DNA of 63,621 nt, the filler included, from Platydemus manokwari (Eukaryota): the NCBI GenBank assembly GCA_037951405.1. It is 5 parts of 5 records of this genome, joined end to end, with 100 filler letters (N's around TTAATTAATTAA, not from the genome) between each part and the next. Parts side by side here need not be neighbours in the genome. Positions count along the whole stretch, not along the records: positions 1 to 20,467 come from JBBMOY011566966.1; 4 more parts are not named here. One strand, given 5' to 3'. Position 1 is the first letter of the stretch; the number at the start of each line of letters is the position of its first letter. Below, piece by piece: positions 1 to 11,573 of this stretch. The position numbers and the translations under genes were made by a program. The notes under the pieces are model-generated. The model was not told the DNA's origin. It made no database searches and saw only the letters and a list, made by a program, of their open reading frames with translations.

Positions 1-559
1 GTAGTATAAAATAATCGATAATAAAACAAATCCATATTTATAATCATTAATAATAATGACTGACATTTTAAATATTAATAACAAATTAAATAAGAATATT
101 AAGCCGATAATATTTAATGTTTAAATAAATAAATATATTATTGAAAAATACTAACATATTTGTGTAAATAGACACATTCGACAATCAAATTATTACCAAA
201 TCACTACAAATAACAATGCGATTATTTAATATATTATATTTTCATTCATAATCCCAACGTATTTCTGTGAGACACTTCAATTGATACCCGGTATGTGTGC
301 ACCCATTATAATAGATTAATATATATATTTTTTGATATATCTTACATATATCTCTCAATACATATATAAAAATATTCAAGCACATGGATTACGATTAATG
401 GGTTACGTCATACATATTGATAAATGTTTCATTCAGAAAATTATCGACGATTTTTGCTTCAATGCAACCCATATTGAAGTGTTCATCGATTGAAATATTT
501 TCTTTCTTATTCCGTTAATTTGTCACAAATGCATACCACAACCAATCGATCTCAATTCT

Positions 560-2600
560 GTAATCGATCATCATCGATATGTGATTTGTAAGCAGATCAG
601 ATTACTTTGAAAAACGATTGGTGTATGATACCAGTAGCTCTTTATGATAATTTCGATAGCTTAATTTCTGTGTGTAATCATTACCATATCGATTATGTGG
701 GTGTAGTCGATTTTTGTTCCTCTTTTATTTACCAAAACCGGCATGAAAACATTTACAATAAATGATAATCACCTTGGAATTATTTCCTTGATTGATATAG
801 AAATATTGATCTGGATTCGCTTTCAGACCGAATTCTTTAAGTTGGGTCTCTGTGGCACCATTTAACAGCTATACAAACCAATATTATTAAATAGTTGAAA
901 ATGGAAAAGTATTTTTTTACTTGATAGAATGAATGAAAAGATCGTTCTCCGATCTGCTGCATAACCACTCGAGACTTAACAAAACACAAAAGCAAATCAA
1001 TTCATTATATTAAAGAAAATATGAAACTAATAAGAATAAAACTTAATAATATCGATCATTTCCAAAGTCATCGAATCTTTAGAAATATCAAAGATTTTTT
1101 TTTCAAAATCATTGATTTTTGATCGATCTTTTTATTTTTATTACTGATTTTCTCAATGCATTCATAACTGAAAATTTTTTAATAAAATTATCACGAGCAT
1201 AGCTACAATTTTTATTCTGAAAACATCCACGATGGTGTTCATAGCAACCTTTAGCTCCCACATGTTTATTGATACATTTTGAATTTTAACACATGGAAAG
1301 GATTCTAATCGAATTCTAATGTCACTCAAAACCAAAATCAATATCTGAAATGGAAAATGTGCCTTTAAGAGAGAATCATTTGATATTCGATGAATTTTGG
1401 AATGGTGTGATCAAAATTAATTCCTCTTATCGATTATTACTACTTTGTCACTCTAGAGCAGTGTTCTTTAAAAAGGAGGGCGCGAGAAATTTTAGACTAT
1501 AGTAAAGTATTCATAAAAATTATTCTGAATTATATTAAGACAAAACATCGATCGAATTTTAAAGATTTGGAATTAGTACTGAGACCAGCCATCACCTACA
1601 TAGACCCAATATGTGAGGTTTTATGCCAGAATATGCAAAATCGTCGTTATTATTAAATATATTCTAATTTTTGTCTATTAAATAAATTTTTTATTAAAAA
1701 TTTTTACTTTATTATTTTTATTTTAGTCCCTAGAGGTCGTAAAAAATTTGGACTCGTTAAATGAGTCGCAACACAAAAAGTATGAAGACCACTGTTCTAA
1801 ATGACAAGAAGAATTGGTAAGAACTAACAATAAAATTTAAAATTTTTCACTAGCGGTGACAATATTTATGACAATTGAAAAATATTTGAAAGAAATTTTC
1901 ACGATTCAATGAATTTTACATGGAATGATTAAATAAAACCCTAGCCGTTTTGAATGATGCTGACCGATTGTATCACTCAAACTATGACGATTCATTCGAT
2001 ACCAACATCAACATTTGACTGAAAATAATCTGATTGTTGTCTATGATTAGTCTCTATCTTGAAACTGAAATTCTGGACTATATGTGAAAACACAATTTTA
2101 ACAATCAAGAGTAATCCGTCAATATACTGTTTTTTGTTTAAATGAGACGTTTTATTTAACAATCATTATCATCGTTGGAGAAAGATTTCCTGGATCAAAA
2201 TGGAAATTATTATTGCGAATGATTACCTTAGATGTCTCAATCAATCCCAATTATTATCAATCAATAATATTTATAATTAATAATATTTTTGGTTTTTTAT
2301 TTCACAACTCAATTTCAAATGATTTGACGATAAAGAAATTCAACAACACAAATGTAATTGCTTATATTTAATATTAAGCGATCAATATCAACATTTTCCG
2401 ACTTGAATAGATTTATAAGACTAACAGAATATTATCTAATGCTAGGCACACCGTAATTATTGATTAATTAATTATCTCACACAAATATTCAATATCGATT
2501 TGATTTCTGATATTCGTGTATATGAGTACGGTAATCTATTATTTCCCAGCATTAATCGATAATATTCATCATTTATGCGTTGTTTCTATTATTCACATAT
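560..2600 (-). pseudogene. Highly decayed myosin motor/IQ-like relic inside the introns of the myosin I gene
   Basis: Frameshifted fragments in canonical myosin order: DEYY/WEIIDY (~2572-2529), [15 protein letters not shown] (~2212-2150), IDNNQ (~2045), SASFKT (~1965-1945), TIPKFI (~1405), [13 protein letters not shown] (~1335-1296), IQ-like IIKSYW/LQITYR (~660-575). Recognised by eye only. Confidence 0.45.
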
Positions 2601-3479
2601 TCACACGGATGAGTAATTTCAATAATTAATACAAATCTTACTAGAAATTAATTAATTAATTAAATTATTCAATATTAATTAATTTAATTGATCAATGTTA
2701 ATTAACTTAATTAATCAATATTAATTAATTTAATTAAACAATATTAATTAATTTAATTAATAAATATTAATTAATTTAATAAAAAAATACTAATTAGCGC
2801 CATTAATCAATATTAATCAACTTAATTAATCAATATTAATTAAAGAAATTACTTTTTCTAAAAGATAGTTATTCATGTAACCACAGACAGGATCGCCTTT
2901 GAAGTCGAAATGAATGTCCATGTATTTTCCAAAACGGCTGGAATTATCATTTCGGTTGGTTTTAGCATTCCCGAAGCATTCGAGAATACAATTGGATTTC
3001 AGCAACAAATTCTTCACTCTTTCGATTTCAGCTTGACCACTGACATTTGTTACTTGTGCTATGTAACGGAGAATTATCTTCGATGCTTCAGTTTTACCGG
3101 CTCCGGATTCACCGGAAATAACAATACAGGTGTCTTGATTCTGTCGCTTTACAATTTTGTGAGCTGCATCTGCTATGGAGAATATATGAGGAGGCCTTTC
3201 ATAGATTTCTCGTCCTTTATATTCGTTGACTTCTTTGTTGCCGTATATATCCAGATCTTTATAAGGATTTACAGCAACTAAAACTTCCCCGATGTATGTG
3301 TAAATTCGATTTTTGGAAAAGCTTTTTAAATAAAAAAAAATTGAAATCATAATCTGTTTAAATAACATTTATATAATATACCGTTTCTCCAAATTCTCTA
3401 CAAATGAATCTAAATTGATTTTCTCTAATAAAATAAAGTCTGGTATTCCAAATTCGGGACCTTCGTGAAGATAATTCAT
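773..3479 (-). CDS. MYO1D: Class I unconventional myosin (MYO1D/G-like), 5' part; exons 3479-3382, 3321-2853, 974-921, 868-773; gene continues beyond the window start
   Basis: Spliced translation [54 protein letters not shown] (P-loop)..[17 protein letters not shown] (switch I)..YLLEK|[18 protein letters not shown]|[15 protein letters not shown]..; the three complete introns (60, 1878, 52 nt) have GT-AG ends and keep the frame. The N-terminus and ERSFHSFYQ are typical of MYO1D/G. Confidence 0.9.
1459..1794. mobile_element. Non-autonomous hAT (Charlie-like) element / MITE
   Basis: Ends CAGTGTTCTT.. and ..GAAGACCACTG form imperfect TIRs, flanked by 8-nt CTCTAGAG / TTCTAAAT, resembling the NTCTAGAN target of Charlie-type hATs. 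Confidence 0.65.
2671..2843. repeat. 23-bp AT-rich minisatellite (about 7 copies)
   Basis: Unit close to ATTAATTAATTTAATTAATCAAT repeated in tandem next to the myosin exon 2 donor. Confidence 0.8.
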
Positions 3480-4430
3480 TATAAAAATTTAAAATAAAAT
3501 TTTGAATTTGCAAATAAATTATAAGTTAAAGAAAGTTGAGTAAATTATATAACTAAAACAAAAAGTAAAGTTTAACTTAATAAACTTATTTGCTTTTAAG
3601 AATCTAGCGAATTTAACCAAAGATGATGATAAATGTCATTTGACTATCAGTTTGAAAATTTCTTGCTAAATAATAAAAATATCTATCTTTAAATTACTAT
3701 TACTACTAAATTATCATTTTAAAGTAACGTAAATTAGTTGTTGTAATTTGTTTCATATTTTGAAAATTAATTTACTATTTCTATAGCATTAGATGATTTT
3801 GTACTAGAATCCGAGCATGAAACTGTTGGAATGTTAAACTGAAAACTTTATTTTTAATTATTGAGAATATTAACTGGAAAAAGTTAAATTATTACGTGAT
3901 TACCTTGAAAGTGTACACAAATATAATAGGCATATAATTTTTTAAGTCATATAAATCGGAAATACTGTGAGAAAGTTTAAATTTGCTGTCCCATATATTT
4001 ACAAAACAACAATTTAATACGAAGTTAAAAATTTAGGAAATAAAAATATAAAATTTTTGTATCTCTCAATAATGCTGTTATACATAATGAGATTATCAGA
4101 ATTCACAATCTAAATGAGTTATTGAATTATCTGCAAATTTATATAAGAATCATCACATGAACTCAAAATCTCAGTCATATCAATTGCTATAATTTCATCC
4201 AATATCAAGTCATGAGTTCTGGAGTTTTCTTCTCTTTACTCAAGATCGTGAATTCTCGAAATCATTTTTTTCAAATTATAACTATTAAATAAATATGACC
4301 ACAACTCCACTAAAAATACTCTGTGAAATCGATATTATTTTTATTTAAAATTTATCAAAAAATTTCGTTGTCAAAATTACAAGATCTCAAATTACATTGA
4401 ATTATTTATTTATTATATTAAACTGGAAAA

Positions 4431-6898
4431 TTAAGTCAAATTTATCCCATTAGAATTAGGAAAACTTGATCCAAGATCGAAATTTTGAGTCAATAGCTGA
4501 TCATTGTTTGACAATTGCCCTGTGCCTGCCTGTCCTTCAGTCAACGGCCCATAATTATTTTGATTACTCCGGCTTAGTCCATCATTAGTTTTCATAATTG
4601 CACCAGATCTAAAAATAAACACATTAAAGGCGAGAATCCATAATTATAACAATACCGATCCGATAATGACCCAGATAAATTATTTCCATCAGAATTATAA
4701 CTACCAAATATTTTATTATTGTACGTGTCCACTGGTGTCAAATCATTTGAATTATAATTATTATTTAAATTATTTGAAACTGGCGAACCCATATCAACTA
4801 AGTTGAACCCACTATTTGAATTAGATGACTTCAATGACGATCCAACTCCAGCAGGGTTGTAATCAGTATTCAAATTATTTGATCCAGATCTATCCATATT
4901 GTTTGAGTTGTATCCATAATTCAAATTATTTGATCTTGGTTGCAAACCATCAATCGAGGTATATTGGTGATTATTCAAATTATTGGACATTTTGTCGCCA
5001 CTTAAATTATAATCATTATTAAGACCATTTGACCGTATTGATGACATATCCTTTGAAACATATCCACTGTTCAAATTACTTGATCTTGGTAATCCTATAT
5101 CATTTGTGAGGAACCCATTATTCAAATTGCTTGACTTCAATGACCCCATATCATTGGAATTATGATTGATTTGGTTATTTGACTTTGATGATCCCATATC
5201 ATTTACGCTGTACCCATTATTCAAATTAGCTGATCTAGATGATCCTATATAATCCCCACTATAACCATTATCGTAACTTTGTGGAATATTTAACTTTAAA
5301 TTTTCCATATTGTTTCCTTGATACAGTCTATCCATATCTCTAAGACTTGATTTATACGAAACTAAATTATTAGAATCGTGTAAATCAGTGAACCTCTGGT
5401 TGTTCTGATTATTCGAAACACTGATTTGAGGTATATTTGAAAAATGTGAATTATAACTTTTGCCAAGATCATTTTGACTGTTGGTTCCCCATCTCCCAAT
5501 ACTCATGCTATTGGATTTGTAAACATCATTAATCGAAGGAAGAGATCTTGATAGATCAACTGGTTGTGTGTTCAAATTATCACTAGATCCAATATTTAAA
5601 TTTTTACCCGTTACAGTCGGTAAAGTTTTCGAAGTATCCATCTCAAGATCACTAATACCATTATCAACCTCATGTGAACTTAATAAACTCTGGTCAGGGG
5701 ATTTCAATCCATTTGAATTATAATTTTGAATGTGTCGATCGATCATATCGATGTGATCGCTCGGAGACACTAAATTATAAGAACTTGATCCAATTTGACT
5801 ATTTCGCTCCAAGCCAGTTCCAATGTTGTTACGATTGCTTAAGTGTAATGTCATACCGTCATCATTCAAATTATTATTCATATTTGTATGAACATTTAAA
5901 CGGTCGTAAACATTGTTATCTCTCGGATTCCCGTAACCAAATGTTTGTGAAACACTTCTTATATTATTACTCAATGGATTTTGTTTCAAACTCGTTCTTC
6001 TAAAACTATCTATGGTATGCATTGGATTTTGGAAATTTCTATTGATGGTATAAAGATCTTCACTAAGTTGTGGTTGATAATTATTTACTCGTCTACTTAT
6101 CAAATTTAAAGAATCAACTCCATAATTGTTATCACCCGTGATGCCATTTGGGTAAAAATTGGTATTTGATCTATCTAACCCTAAAGAGTACCCAGAACCA
6201 ATACGAGAAATAAATCCACTTCCATAGTTACGGTCTATTTGATTTAATGATGATCTAAGATTTTCATTCATTCTTAAAATTCTTGATTCTAGATCGGAAT
6301 TGAAATCAGGAGAGAGATGCTGGAAATTATTCTTGAAATGATCTGATGTAAGCTGTGGAATGGTTATTTCGTGATTTGTACCAATTCGTGGATCAACAGA
6401 TTGATAATTTGGTTTAATTATCGAAATACCTGTTTTAAAATGACTATTAATAACTGGTAAAACACAATCGTCATTCAAACCTAATCTTGAATTTCCTAGG
6501 CCATAATTCGTACCAATTTGATGCATATCAGGTACCTGATCCATACCTAATCGTGTAATATCAGAATTATAATCAAAACCATTTGGTGAATTCTGATTAT
6601 AACCATTTTCATTCACATTGTCATCATATGAGATTGAATTATCATAATCACTAGATAAACTTCCCAAATTATCTCCGAGTCTTCCATTAATTTTCATGAC
6701 ATTACTGTTCAAATCCATATTTTCATTTCCCAATCCACTTCGAGGAGTACCATCAACAATACCAATATTATCACTAAATGATGATATTAATCGTGGTCCA
6801 GAATTAGCGAGATAATTTAGCCGAATTAATCCTGGCCGGCCAGAAACCAATGCCAAAAATATTAAAATCAAACAGAAATATAAATTTAATTTCATCAT
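4431..6898 (-). CDS. Secreted Asn/Ser/Gly/Asp-rich repeat protein, about 806 aa; exons 6898-4656 and 4608-4431
   Basis: Signal peptide MMKLNLYFCLILIFLALVSG. A 47-nt GT-AG intron (4655-4609) joins the 768-aa ORF in frame to the 63-aa ORF (..SLSDR|SGAIMKTNDG..). About ten 16-18 aa repeats of the type (R/K)SxNLNNGYxxNDMGSx. Confidence 0.85.
4735..5272 (-). repeat. Coding tandem repeat, ~17 aa (~51 nt) period, about 10 copies
   Basis: RSANLNNGYSVNDMGSS / KSSNLNNGFLTNDIGLP / RSSNLNSGYVSKDMSSI / RSNNLNYGYNSNNMDRS / KSSNSNSGFNLVDMGSP etc. Confidence 0.8.
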
Positions 6899-7397
6899 TG
6901 ATAGCGAGTTGATTGAAAACTTCGAAAGGATCTTGTATTTGTACTCGTTTAGAAGTCTTTGTTCCTGACAGAAATTTTAAACGAGCCAATCAGAATGCAA
7001 GAGATTTTGAAAATTCGAAAAAATATTCGAATTCGAGTTGACATGTAAACAATTTAAATATCTTCAAGTTTAATCTCTTTAAAATTTAATAATAGCTATT
7101 ATAATTATAGCTAATTTAATATTATAGATATTACAATATTATATTAAATTCTCCTCCATACATATATAACGATATTATATTGCGAGAAATTTAAAAATCA
7201 AAATGTATTATCGTAAAATAAAAAATTTCTCGTTTCTTGTGTGCATCGATGAGTCATACAGTAGTTTATCATTTAGTCTTTGTTCATTCACTTTTTAAAC
7301 TTTTTTTAAACAACATTAGTTATCTGTATTATTTGTTCTTTTAAATGTGAATATAAATTCTTTATTTCTTAACAATTGTAGCTATTTTTAATTATTC
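6899..7397. promoter_or_regulatory. Putative bidirectional promoter between divergent secreted-protein genes
   Basis: 499 nt between the two start codons; contains AGCCAATCAG (CCAAT box, 6984-6993) and palindromic ATGAGTCAT (AP-1-like, 7249-7257). Confidence 0.5.
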
Positions 7398-10300
7398 ATG
7401 TTTGTTAAACACGGAACCACTGAATTAATTGCCATATCTACATTATTCGTCTACATCGTATGTATATTGAATTGGCAAAACGTAATCGCAAATATCCATG
7501 GCCCTCATATTTCTGAACAGGATGGGCATTTGAAAAGAATTTATAAAAATGATATTATGAAAGGCAAATTGAAACTTGTTTTAGAACTCGAAAATTTGAA
7601 AGAAATAAGAAATAAACAGATTTTTGGGGTTTGCATTTTTAAACGTTTCAAACTGTTTTGCAAATTTTATAAAGAACTTTTCGGAATCGGTGGGAAAATA
7701 TTTATTAAGGATCCTGGGTCGTTTTTTGGTAAACCAAGTGATCAGTTTTCGAATATACTTGAAACCAAAATTAATCTCCAATCGAAAAAGAACGAAAGGA
7801 TTCTTAAAATGTTAATGAGACTCAACAGTGTGTCAAGTCTGTCAAATTTTCTCGACAAATTAGTAAAAATAAAACTGAAATATTTCGATTCTGATAATTT
7901 GTTAGTGGTTAATTCTTTATTGAATCCAATAAATTATCCCAAGTTTACAAAAAATGGGTTCCAAAAAGAACTCATCTTTAATAATTTGCAATTACCGTGG
8001 CTTAAAAATCAAAATAGTACAGAAAATTTAAAATTGAATGAAATTTCTTCTTTGTTAAAGGCATTAATAGACAGTGATCAATTTCTTATCAATAGAAATT
8101 ATGGTTATCGAAATAAAGAGCTTGTAAATCAATACATATTAGATAGATTGCAATTTCAAAGCCCTTCAACCAATCCAGAAATATTCCCAAATAAATTACA
8201 ATTAACATCCGATCATCTCAATCAGCCTCAAAATAAAAATATTCATAAATTCCTAACCGCTCTTTTGTCACCGGAAAAACAATTTGAAAAATCTAGACAA
8301 AAACTAATCACCAGACAATTGAAATTAAAAAACAATGGCTTAAAATTAAGTCAAGGCGATCTTCAGAAAGTTATGAATGAATTCGATAAAAATCGAAAGT
8401 CAGGAAATTGGAACCAATTGATATTCGATAATGAAAAATTTGAATCATTTGAACCTGGATCATTTCAATTTATTGCCAAATTGTCAAGATTTACCACGGA
8501 TGCTCCAACATCCTATAAAATTCAAGATGATATTTACAGAATTAACAACCATCCCAATCTTAAGCTAAAAAATCTTTCAATAAATAATAAACAACGTGGT
8601 GTATTTAATAAATTAAATTTATTGAGAAATATTCCGAAAAATAAATATGCAACCTTTGAATCAGATCATGCTTCGAACAAGGAAATAAATAATCCAATGA
8701 ACAAATATAATAATCGTGTCTTGCAGAAGTTAAAACGGTTGATTTTGGACGATAACGATTTTGAAAAGTCGAGTAGTTCATTAAATTTATTCAATCATAA
8801 TAAAATAGGCAAGTCTGAAAAGTTTAATGACAAGCTAAATGAAGATCATTTGAAAAATAAAGCATTGAAATATAATAGAAATTTGATTGATAATGATGCC
8901 TTCAAAAAATCTTTAAATCGTTTCATATTGTATGATAATGCATTTCAAGGGATTCATAATTCACCATTTATTAATCTCAATGAATCGTCGCTAATATCCT
9001 ATGATTCAAAATTAAATAAAATCAGTAAAGCTCCTCAACCAATTAATAATAAAAATCGAGGTTTTGGTTTGTATCCAAAGTCAAGAATATTAAATAATTT
9101 ATTGCTTAATGACAAATTATTTCAAGATATAAGAGAGAGGCCGAATTTCTTTTATTATTTCCCTCCATTAAAACATGTAATGAAGAAGATCCGAAATTTA
9201 AATTCGAAAATCCAACCACTAAATTACAAAAACCAAGAAATTAAAGGCTCTAAAATTTATCGAGACCCATCGTTTGCAAGAAGACTTTTATTGGGCGATA
9301 AAAATTTTGAAAAATTGTCTACATTTTCAAGAACTCCATTTGATGAATTCAAACTCAAGGAAAATAAATCGAAAGACCGAAAGATTGAAATTATTGATAA
9401 CAATTCTTTAGATACGAATAACAAATTTCGAGATTTGAGATATTTAAATATTCTCTTGTTGAATGATAAATTGTTTGAATCTGTGGGATATCCACACTCA
9501 CCATTTCAAATAATTGGCTCAAATCGAGATATTTTATCAAAATTACCAATTGGAGACAACATTCAGAATAGATTTATTAAAGACAAAGAAAATAAAACTT
9601 TGAAACAATTAATTACTCCTATTTTCATTCACAAAACTTTGAATAAACCCTTGGATGTGAAAGGAAGTACACCGACATTTCGATTTTATCGAAATCATGG
9701 AGCGAATAATCTTTTGAAGGATATCAAATCAAATATTAATGATTTGAATACCATCGATAAATCAAAAATTAATTCAGTAATGCTTCATGATGATTATTTA
9801 ACTCCAAAAAAATTAAAAAACACTTTTAATGATATCAATGAATTAGTTGGTGATAATGATGATCGTGCTATTTTGAATAAAATTCTAATGGATGTCAGAC
9901 AATTTGAAATACCACATGGAACACCAAATTTATTTAATAAACAATCAAACAGTCCATTGAATTACGCAAAATTGAATCAAAACCGTATCACAAATTGGCA
10001 AATGAAGCATAAAACTCATGATTTTAAAAATAAGTTGAATAAATTTCCCAAAAACTTTATATTAAATGATAAACTATTTAAAGCAAGCAATAAGCAGTCA
10101 TATTTTTCCAATAATGATCTAAAGCAAAAATCTAAAAATCAAAAATCAAATTTTGAAATTTCTGCTTATCGAGAAAGTCCTGATTCAAAAATGTTTACAG
10201 GTTCTAGTTTAAATAATAAATTACTTGAAAAATTATCTAAAGAATCCAGTCAGAATATTAAAAGCACTTTTAATAATGATAAAATCTATTTTAAAAATGG

Positions 10301-11573
10301 TTATTACAAAAAAATAAACAGACCATCATATTTTCTTGATAATCGGCCAAATCAAAAATCAAATGGCTACAGATTAAGTGAAAATGATTCAATTTCACCG
10401 ATGACGAAAACGTTGAAAAATATATACAAGAAAAGGAATTATTTGATATCAAATATGTTTAATAATTTAATGTTAAATAATAGATTATTTGACAGATCAA
10501 ATCAACTAGAAAAAAGTATCAATTATGTTCCGCGGTTACCAAAAGTTGGACAAAGTAATTTGTTGAAACGGCAAAAGATAAAATATCAACCAAATATTTT
10601 CAATGGATACCAAAATCATATCAATGGTGAAGATTTAAATCAATTTATATTAGATGACAACTACTTTGAAAATTTTAAAGATTTAACAAATAATGGACCA
10701 AAAATGAAACATGGTGCTTTAGATTTCATTAAAAATGTTATCAAATATCCATTGAACAACAAGAAACAAAATTTGAAAAATATAATAAACAAATTTAGCG
10801 ATAATAAGCTTTTGAATGATTTATTTTTTGACGATAAAGGATTTTCAAGATTAAATAGTTCATTAAATCCTTTTGCTTATATTTCTCCGATATTTTGGAA
10901 GAACAATGGTATGAAGATTATTTTTAAATATTTCCTGAATAAGATTAATAATAATAATCGTAATTCAGATTTTATAAACCGAACTTTATTAGATAAAAAT
11001 CGATCGATGAAACAGAGCAGAAACCCAAATTTATCTGTTAATAGATTAAAATATAATTATCAATTCAAATCAAATCATCCAAAAAATGCTAGAAACAAAG
11101 TTTATAATACCATGATTAATACTGTGCAAGATTCAAATCTTTTCGATAATTTATTGTTAAATGATAAGAAATTTGAACCTTTGAATAGATTATTCATATT
11201 GCAAGGTAATATCAAATTAAATAAAATTCCTTCAGTTACAAAGCCATTACTGATGAATGGAAAAGCCAAAGGTTTGATACAATTGGTACCAAGTGGGAAA
11301 AAACAAAAGTATATTGGGCACCATTATAATACCGTATTTGAAAAGATAAGGAATAAACATCCTAAATCAAAGAATAATTTATTTTCTCTAACTCTACCAG
11401 ATCAATTGAAATCAAGGTTAAATCAAGAAATCAAGACCAAAAAATTACTTACTAAAGATGGAAAATTTATAAATCCTTACTACTTTAGTTTTGTAAATCA
11501 ATTGTACTTAAATCAACTGGATAAATATGGTATTCCTTTGAGACTTCTTTATAAACCGATATCTTTTGTTTGA
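7398..11573 (+). CDS. Large secreted Lys/Asn-rich protein (1391 aa) with dispersed hhhND.xF repeats; family not recognised
   Basis: Uninterrupted 4176-nt ORF; N-terminal hydrophobic signal (LIAISTLFVYIVCILNWQNVIA); recurring motif LIFDNEKFE, LILDDNDFE, FILYDNAFQ, LLLNDKLFQ, LLLGDKNFE, LLLNDKLFE, FILNDKLFK, LMLNNRLFD, FILDDNYFE, LFFDDKGFS, LLLNDKKFE; AATAAA just downstream. Confidence 0.85.
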   Translation: MFVKHGTTELIAISTLFVYIVCILNWQNVIANIHGPHISEQDGHLKRIYKNDIMKGKLKLVLELENLKEIRNKQIFGVCIFKRFKLFCKFYKELFGIGGKIFIKDPGSFFGKPSDQFSNILETKINLQSKKNERILKMLMRLNSVSSLSNFLDKLVKIKLKYFDSDNLLVVNSLLNPINYPKFTKNGFQKELIFNNLQLPWLKNQNSTENLKLNEISSLLKALIDSDQFLINRNYGYRNKELVNQYILDRLQFQSPSTNPEIFPNKLQLTSDHLNQPQNKNIHKFLTALLSPEKQFEKSRQKLITRQLKLKNNGLKLSQGDLQKVMNEFDKNRKSGNWNQLIFDNEKFESFEPGSFQFIAKLSRFTTDAPTSYKIQDDIYRINNHPNLKLKNLSINNKQRGVFNKLNLLRNIPKNKYATFESDHASNKEINNPMNKYNNRVLQKLKRLILDDNDFEKSSSSLNLFNHNKIGKSEKFNDKLNEDHLKNKALKYNRNLIDNDAFKKSLNRFILYDNAFQGIHNSPFINLNESSLISYDSKLNKISKAPQPINNKNRGFGLYPKSRILNNLLLNDKLFQDIRERPNFFYYFPPLKHVMKKIRNLNSKIQPLNYKNQEIKGSKIYRDPSFARRLLLGDKNFEKLSTFSRTPFDEFKLKENKSKDRKIEIIDNNSLDTNNKFRDLRYLNILLLNDKLFESVGYPHSPFQIIGSNRDILSKLPIGDNIQNRFIKDKENKTLKQLITPIFIHKTLNKPLDVKGSTPTFRFYRNHGANNLLKDIKSNINDLNTIDKSKINSVMLHDDYLTPKKLKNTFNDINELVGDNDDRAILNKILMDVRQFEIPHGTPNLFNKQSNSPLNYAKLNQNRITNWQMKHKTHDFKNKLNKFPKNFILNDKLFKASNKQSYFSNNDLKQKSKNQKSNFEISAYRESPDSKMFTGSSLNNKLLEKLSKESSQNIKSTFNNDKIYFKNGYYKKINRPSYFLDNRPNQKSNGYRLSENDSISPMTKTLKNIYKKRNYLISNMFNNLMLNNRLFDRSNQLEKSINYVPRLPKVGQSNLLKRQKIKYQPNIFNGYQNHINGEDLNQFILDDNYFENFKDLTNNGPKMKHGALDFIKNVIKYPLNNKKQNLKNIINKFSDNKLLNDLFFDDKGFSRLNSSLNPFAYISPIFWKNNGMKIIFKYFLNKINNNNRNSDFINRTLLDKNRSMKQSRNPNLSVNRLKYNYQFKSNHPKNARNKVYNTMINTVQDSNLFDNLLLNDKKFEPLNRLFILQGNIKLNKIPSVTKPLLMNGKAKGLIQLVPSGKKQKYIGHHYNTVFEKIRNKHPKSKNNLFSLTLPDQLKSRLNQEIKTKKLLTKDGKFINPYYFSFVNQLYLNQLDKYGIPLRLLYKPISFV

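Noticed and set aside
2826-3368. 180-aa ORF as a complete gene
   Set aside because: It is myosin exon 2 plus intron read-through at both ends.
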